From a virus, in IMG/VR virus record IMGVR_UViG_3300040801_001593, positions 1 to 64,000 of that record: a stretch of DNA of 64,000 bases; one strand, 5' to 3'. This document shows positions 60,569-64,000 of this stretch, one piece after another (the first letter of the stretch is position 1; every line of letters starts with the position of its first letter). The position numbers and the translations under genes are program-made. The notes beneath the pieces were generated by a model. It did no database searches, had not been told where the DNA came from, and saw only the letters and a list, made by a program, of their open reading frames with translations.

Positions 60569-61288
60569 ATGGGCTTCATTAATGATATTTTAATAACTGA
60601 CAGTTTGATGCTATTAGGAAGAGGTTCTGCTGAAAGCTCAGGTATATATGATGACTTCTCAGGGGCAACTTTTAACTCTTTTTGGCAGAGTGGTTTCAAA
60701 ACTAATTGGAGCCTCACTCATTACCCTCCAGCATCAAGCAGTTATACTGCAGTGAGAGGAAGTTCTTCAGTAGACAACCTGACCAGCAATTCAGTCCCTA
60801 TTGGAGGAGATTTTTCTGTAGAGGTAGGATTTATTACAGGAGCAAATAATACCGGAAATGTATCTTGTAAATTAGAGTTCTTTAATTATACTATACAGAC
60901 ACAAAAAGAGATTGTTGCCAAGATAAATGGCACAGATTTATCTATTGAAAGGTATGGTCATACTCAAGTAGACCAGAGTGTTGGTAGCTTCTCTGCATAT
61001 ACTGAATATAAAATTAAGGTTGAGAGAATAGGTTCAACAACTAATTATTATTATGATATTGGTGCAGGATATGTTTCATGGTTCTCAGAAACATCTTCTT
61101 ACACAGGTGATGTATTCTTTAAAGTAGAAGGAGCAGACCTTCATGGAATTTCCTTTTTAAATATGACCGCTGAATATGGACTTCCTACTGTTAGCTCAAC
61201 CGGAGACTTTTCTGCACACAGACTAGATAGAGAGGTAGCAAACCAAGCTGATTTAATAGAAATGTGGGATGGTTTAAGTTCATTATAA
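60569..61288 (+). CDS. tail-associated protein (beta-rich, lectin/jelly-roll-like)
   Basis: 239 aa. Assigned by position. The fold guess is weak. Confidence 0.45.
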   Translation: MGFINDILITDSLMLLGRGSAESSGIYDDFSGATFNSFWQSGFKTNWSLTHYPPASSSYTAVRGSSSVDNLTSNSVPIGGDFSVEVGFITGANNTGNVSCKLEFFNYTIQTQKEIVAKINGTDLSIERYGHTQVDQSVGSFSAYTEYKIKVERIGSTTNYYYDIGAGYVSWFSETSSYTGDVFFKVEGADLHGISFLNMTAEYGLPTVSSTGDFSAHRLDREVANQADLIEMWDGLSSL

Positions 61289-61300
61289 TTAGGAGGATTT

Positions 61301-61786
61301 GTGTTCAAGTTACACTTTGGTAAATGGATGTTATGGATTATTGTTTTGCTTGCTTTGGGGGTTCTTATCCAAGCCAAAGGTGATACTCATCAAGAGTTGC
61401 CAAAAATCATAACAGGAATTAATTATTTAATAACTACGCTTGCAGGGTCTGCCGTAGGTGGTCTAGTAGTGTACTTCTTCTCTACTAGGAATATGGAGGT
61501 AAGGATGAAAGATGTGGTAAAAGAGCAAATATCTACTCACAATGAAATAAGCCACCAAGAAAGTGCATATGTTATAGTAGAAAGAGATATAGACAGACAC
61601 AAACAAGAATGTGGAACAAAGATGGAGAAAAAAATATCATCATTAGAGTCCCAAATACGTTCTATAGAAAATAAACAGACTGAGACAAAGACAATAGTTT
61701 CAAGTATGAGTCTAACATTGACTCAAATTGCCAGAAAGATGGGAGTGATACAATTGCCTCCATCTCCAGAAAATACAGGAGGATGA
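61301..61786 (+). CDS. membrane protein with two TM segments and coiled-coil tail (holin-like candidate)
   Basis: GTG start after TAGGAGG. WMLWIIVLLALGVLI and LITTLAGSAVGGLVVYFF are hydrophobic helices. Confidence 0.4.
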   Translation: MFKLHFGKWMLWIIVLLALGVLIQAKGDTHQELPKIITGINYLITTLAGSAVGGLVVYFFSTRNMEVRMKDVVKEQISTHNEISHQESAYVIVERDIDRHKQECGTKMEKKISSLESQIRSIENKQTETKTIVSSMSLTLTQIARKMGVIQLPPSPENTGG

Positions 61787-61787
61787 C

Positions 61788-62726
61788 ATGGCAATATATT
61801 ACCCAAACCCTACTTCTCACCCATGGAATGAAGATGTTGTTGGAGGAAGTGCAGGGAATCCTAAGATATTCTTATTAGAGGAGGAAAATAAGATAGATAA
61901 TGGGTACTTTAGAGACAACATAATAAATTGGAGTTTAACTTCTGCAAATAGGGAAGCTTTCTCTGAGGCTATGAGAGGGAGTTATGTTTGCAAGATAGAG
62001 TCTGGTGGAAAGATTCACCAAGCCATTACCAAACCTGACAATTTGATTTTATTAACAGGATATGTTAGAGTTACTGAGTTTATAGGTTTTGGGGAATCTC
62101 AAGCTATAGATATTTACATATACCCTAAAAATGATGCCACTGATACAGGGATACCTGCCAATTATTTTAAGTTGACAATAAATCCTGAAAATGGTGGAGC
62201 ATCTGCAAATGAATGGATACCTTTCTATATGGTAGCAGATACTGCTACATGGAACCCATATACTTACTTACATATTCAGATAGAGGGAGTCAACCAAGGC
62301 AGTAATGATGTTTATGTTGATGACTTAAGACTTTACCCTATAACTGAAATGATTGATTTAGATTGTCCCCAAACTCTTAAGTTGGTTTGGCAGAGAGAGT
62401 CAGATGCAGATTATAAAATGTTTAATGGTGATATGAAGTCTTATGTAAAAGGTTGGAGACCAAAATTTTCTATTGGGTATGAGTATTGTTCCAGAGAACA
62501 GTTAATAAAAGATATAAATATATCAGAGTCTATGTTCTCATTCTTTGTGCCACAAGATGATGGTCTTATGGGTATTTACACTAGGATGACGAATGATTTT
62601 GATTCAAGTTATTTTAAAAACAAATTTGTAGGGCATTCTCAGGCTTTGGAGCTTCCTTCTGTATTCTTACAGAGGTATAAGAATAAGCAATACGGGATTA
62701 GCTATTACACTCCTACATTTGTTTAA
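61788..62726 (+). CDS. tail protein, putative carbohydrate-binding/receptor-binding
   Basis: CAGGAGG RBS. 312 aa. The N-terminal IDNGYFRDNIINWS resembles the NG-x-FE...W start of CBM4/9-like jelly rolls. This is weak evidence. Confidence 0.4.
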   Translation: MAIYYPNPTSHPWNEDVVGGSAGNPKIFLLEEENKIDNGYFRDNIINWSLTSANREAFSEAMRGSYVCKIESGGKIHQAITKPDNLILLTGYVRVTEFIGFGESQAIDIYIYPKNDATDTGIPANYFKLTINPENGGASANEWIPFYMVADTATWNPYTYLHIQIEGVNQGSNDVYVDDLRLYPITEMIDLDCPQTLKLVWQRESDADYKMFNGDMKSYVKGWRPKFSIGYEYCSREQLIKDINISESMFSFFVPQDDGLMGIYTRMTNDFDSSYFKNKFVGHSQALELPSVFLQRYKNKQYGISYYTPTFV

Positions 62727-62750
62727 AATAAATTAAACAGACCCTTTTAA

Positions 62751-62785
62751 AACTCTTTACTTTTTATTATATTAAGTAAAGAGTT
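62751..62785 (+). terminator. hairpin terminator candidate at end of virion module
   Basis: AACTCTTTACT - 13-nt loop - AGTAAAGAGTT followed by ATTTTAT. Confidence 0.5.
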
Positions 62786-62824
62786 ATTTTATAATTAGGA
62801 AAGATATTTACTATAAGAGGTTAC

Positions 62825-64000
62825 ATGGTTAAGTTTTTTAGGAATGTGGATTCTCCACATAAGGTTAATGTCAGCTGGAGTTGTAGGGATAGAAAGAATT
62901 TTTATGATATATTAAATATTGTAAAAAGCTTTGTTGGTGCATACAGAAAAGATAGGATTTGGAGAATAAGTATTGATGATGCAAGAACATGTATTGATAA
63001 TCTTGTAGAAGATACCTCTGAAACCATACATGTAGATATGGAAATATTCTCAAGCTTATTCAAGAACTTTAAAAAGAAAAAGTCTCTTAAGACTCTGAGG
63101 AATAAGTTAGAAGGGGTTGACTCTGGGATAGAGTTACAAGGTGATTTCAACCTCCTACCTTTCCAACACGTAGGAGTTAAATTTGCTTCCATTGTAAAGA
63201 ATTTGATAATTGCTGATAAAGTAGGGTTAGGTAAGACTATATCTGGGTTTTGCTCTGCTTGGAAATTGAAACAAGATGGAGTGATAGAAAAAGCTCTGGT
63301 TGTTGTACCATCTTCTATTAAGGTTAAGTGGGCAAGAGACATTATGAAGTTTTTAGGGGAAGAGTCTCACACCTTAGAAGGTACACCTGCTCAAAGAACA
63401 GATGTGTGGAGAAAGTGGCAGAATGATGACTCTACATATTGTATAACTTCTTATGACACTATTAAGAGAGATGTCCTTCAAAAAGTGGAGAGAGGTTATG
63501 ATTTCAATGAGGAGTCTTACCTTGCTCAGTATACCAAGAAGAATTATGCTATAATATTAGATGAAATACAAAGAGTGAGGAACCCTGTTACTGCTCGCTC
63601 AAAGTGCTGCAGAGTGTTATCTACTTATAAAAAGTGTACAGCAAGGATAGGGCTATCTGCTACTTATATTGAAACAGGGTTAGAAGATTTATTTGGAGTT
63701 ATGCTGGTAATTGATGACAGTATATTTGGTAATAATGTGTATGCATTTGACTCTCAATTCATCCAGAGAGACTACATGGGCAAGATTAATTCCTATAAGA
63801 ATGTGGATGAAGCAGCAGAAAGAATGCAATATGTTTCTGTGAGAAGAAACAAGGAGATGGTTAAAGATCAGCTCAATGCAATGCTCCCTAAAGTCAATGA
63901 GAACACTTTATGGTTAGAACTTACTAAGAAGCAAAAAGCTTTGACAAACCAAATAATAACTAAGACTGTAGATGTTTTGAAAAATATGGAAAAGACAGAT
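62825..64000 (+). CDS. SNF2-family helicase (5' part; runs off window)
   Basis: In my own translation the frame has no stop from ATG 62825 to the window end. Motif I ADKVGLGKT, motif II ILDEIQRVRN, motif III GLSATYIE. Confidence 0.8.
   Translation, partial: MVKFFRNVDSPHKVNVSWSCRDRKNFYDILNIVKSFVGAYRKDRIWRISIDDARTCIDNLVEDTSETIHVDMEIFSSLFKNFKKKKSLKTLRNKLEGVDSGIELQGDFNLLPFQHVGVKFASIVKNLIIADKVGLGKTISGFCSAWKLKQDGVIEKALVVVPSSIKVKWARDIMKFLGEESHTLEGTPAQRTDVWRKWQNDDSTYCITSYDTIKRDVLQKVERGYDFNEESYLAQYTKKNYAIILDEIQRVRNPVTARSKCCRVLSTYKKCTARIGLSATYIETGLEDLFGVMLVIDDSIFGNNVYAFDSQFIQRDYMGKINSYKNVDEAAERMQYVSVRRNKEMVKDQLNAMLPKVNENTLWLELTKKQKALTNQIITKTVDVLKNMEKTD

Noticed and set aside
1-64000. Search by eye for tRNA genes, integrase/recombinase, transposase and repressor-type lysogeny modules
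   Set aside because: I found no cloverleaf-like GTTCGAATC-type T-arms and no recombinase motifs. I cannot exclude divergent versions without profile searches.

Overview
This window looks like a contiguous stretch of an AT-rich tailed dsDNA bacteriophage genome. Genes are tightly packed, often with ATGA/TAATG stop-start overlaps, and most have strong AGGAG/GGAGG ribosome-binding sites. The tail is siphovirus-type: a major tail protein, a G/G-T chaperone pair with a -1 slippery site and a tape measure, and I did not recognise a sheath gene.

Layout:
(1) 1-15.2 kb: rightward early/middle genes. Most are small ORFs of unknown function. Recognisable ones are a RadC-like JAB protein, an ATP-dependent DNA ligase, an Ogg2-type 8-oxoguanine glycosylase, one hexapeptide-repeat protein and two tandem pentapeptide-repeat proteins. 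A reiterated AT-rich promoter/operator element punctuates this block.
(2) 15.2-17.3 kb: a mostly non-coding field saturated with same-strand short repeats (iterons). Two small ORFs are embedded in it.
(3) 17.4-18.6 kb: a CpG-rich island with three tandem cassettes. Each is headed by a perfect TTGACA-17-TATAAT promoter whose -35 box lies inside a 15-bp palindrome.
(4) 18.7-25.2 kb: leftward operons. They encode an HTH protein, membrane and secreted proteins, a 5'-3' flap nuclease, a SAM methyltransferase, a sulfotransferase-fold protein and a patatin-like phospholipase.
(5) 25.5-62.7 kb: the rightward virion module. It contains large terminase, portal, S78-type protease fusion, scaffold and major capsid protein. 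These are followed by a two-domain glycosyltransferase, fibre-like proteins, connector/neck genes and the major tail protein. Then come the G/G-T chaperones, a 2122-aa tape measure, a 2442-aa distal tail protein and further tail proteins.
(6) 62.8 kb to the window end: the 5' part of an SNF2-family helicase gene.

I could not recognise any tRNA, rRNA, CRISPR array, integrase or transposase. All functional calls rest on motifs read by eye and on synteny. No database search was possible.
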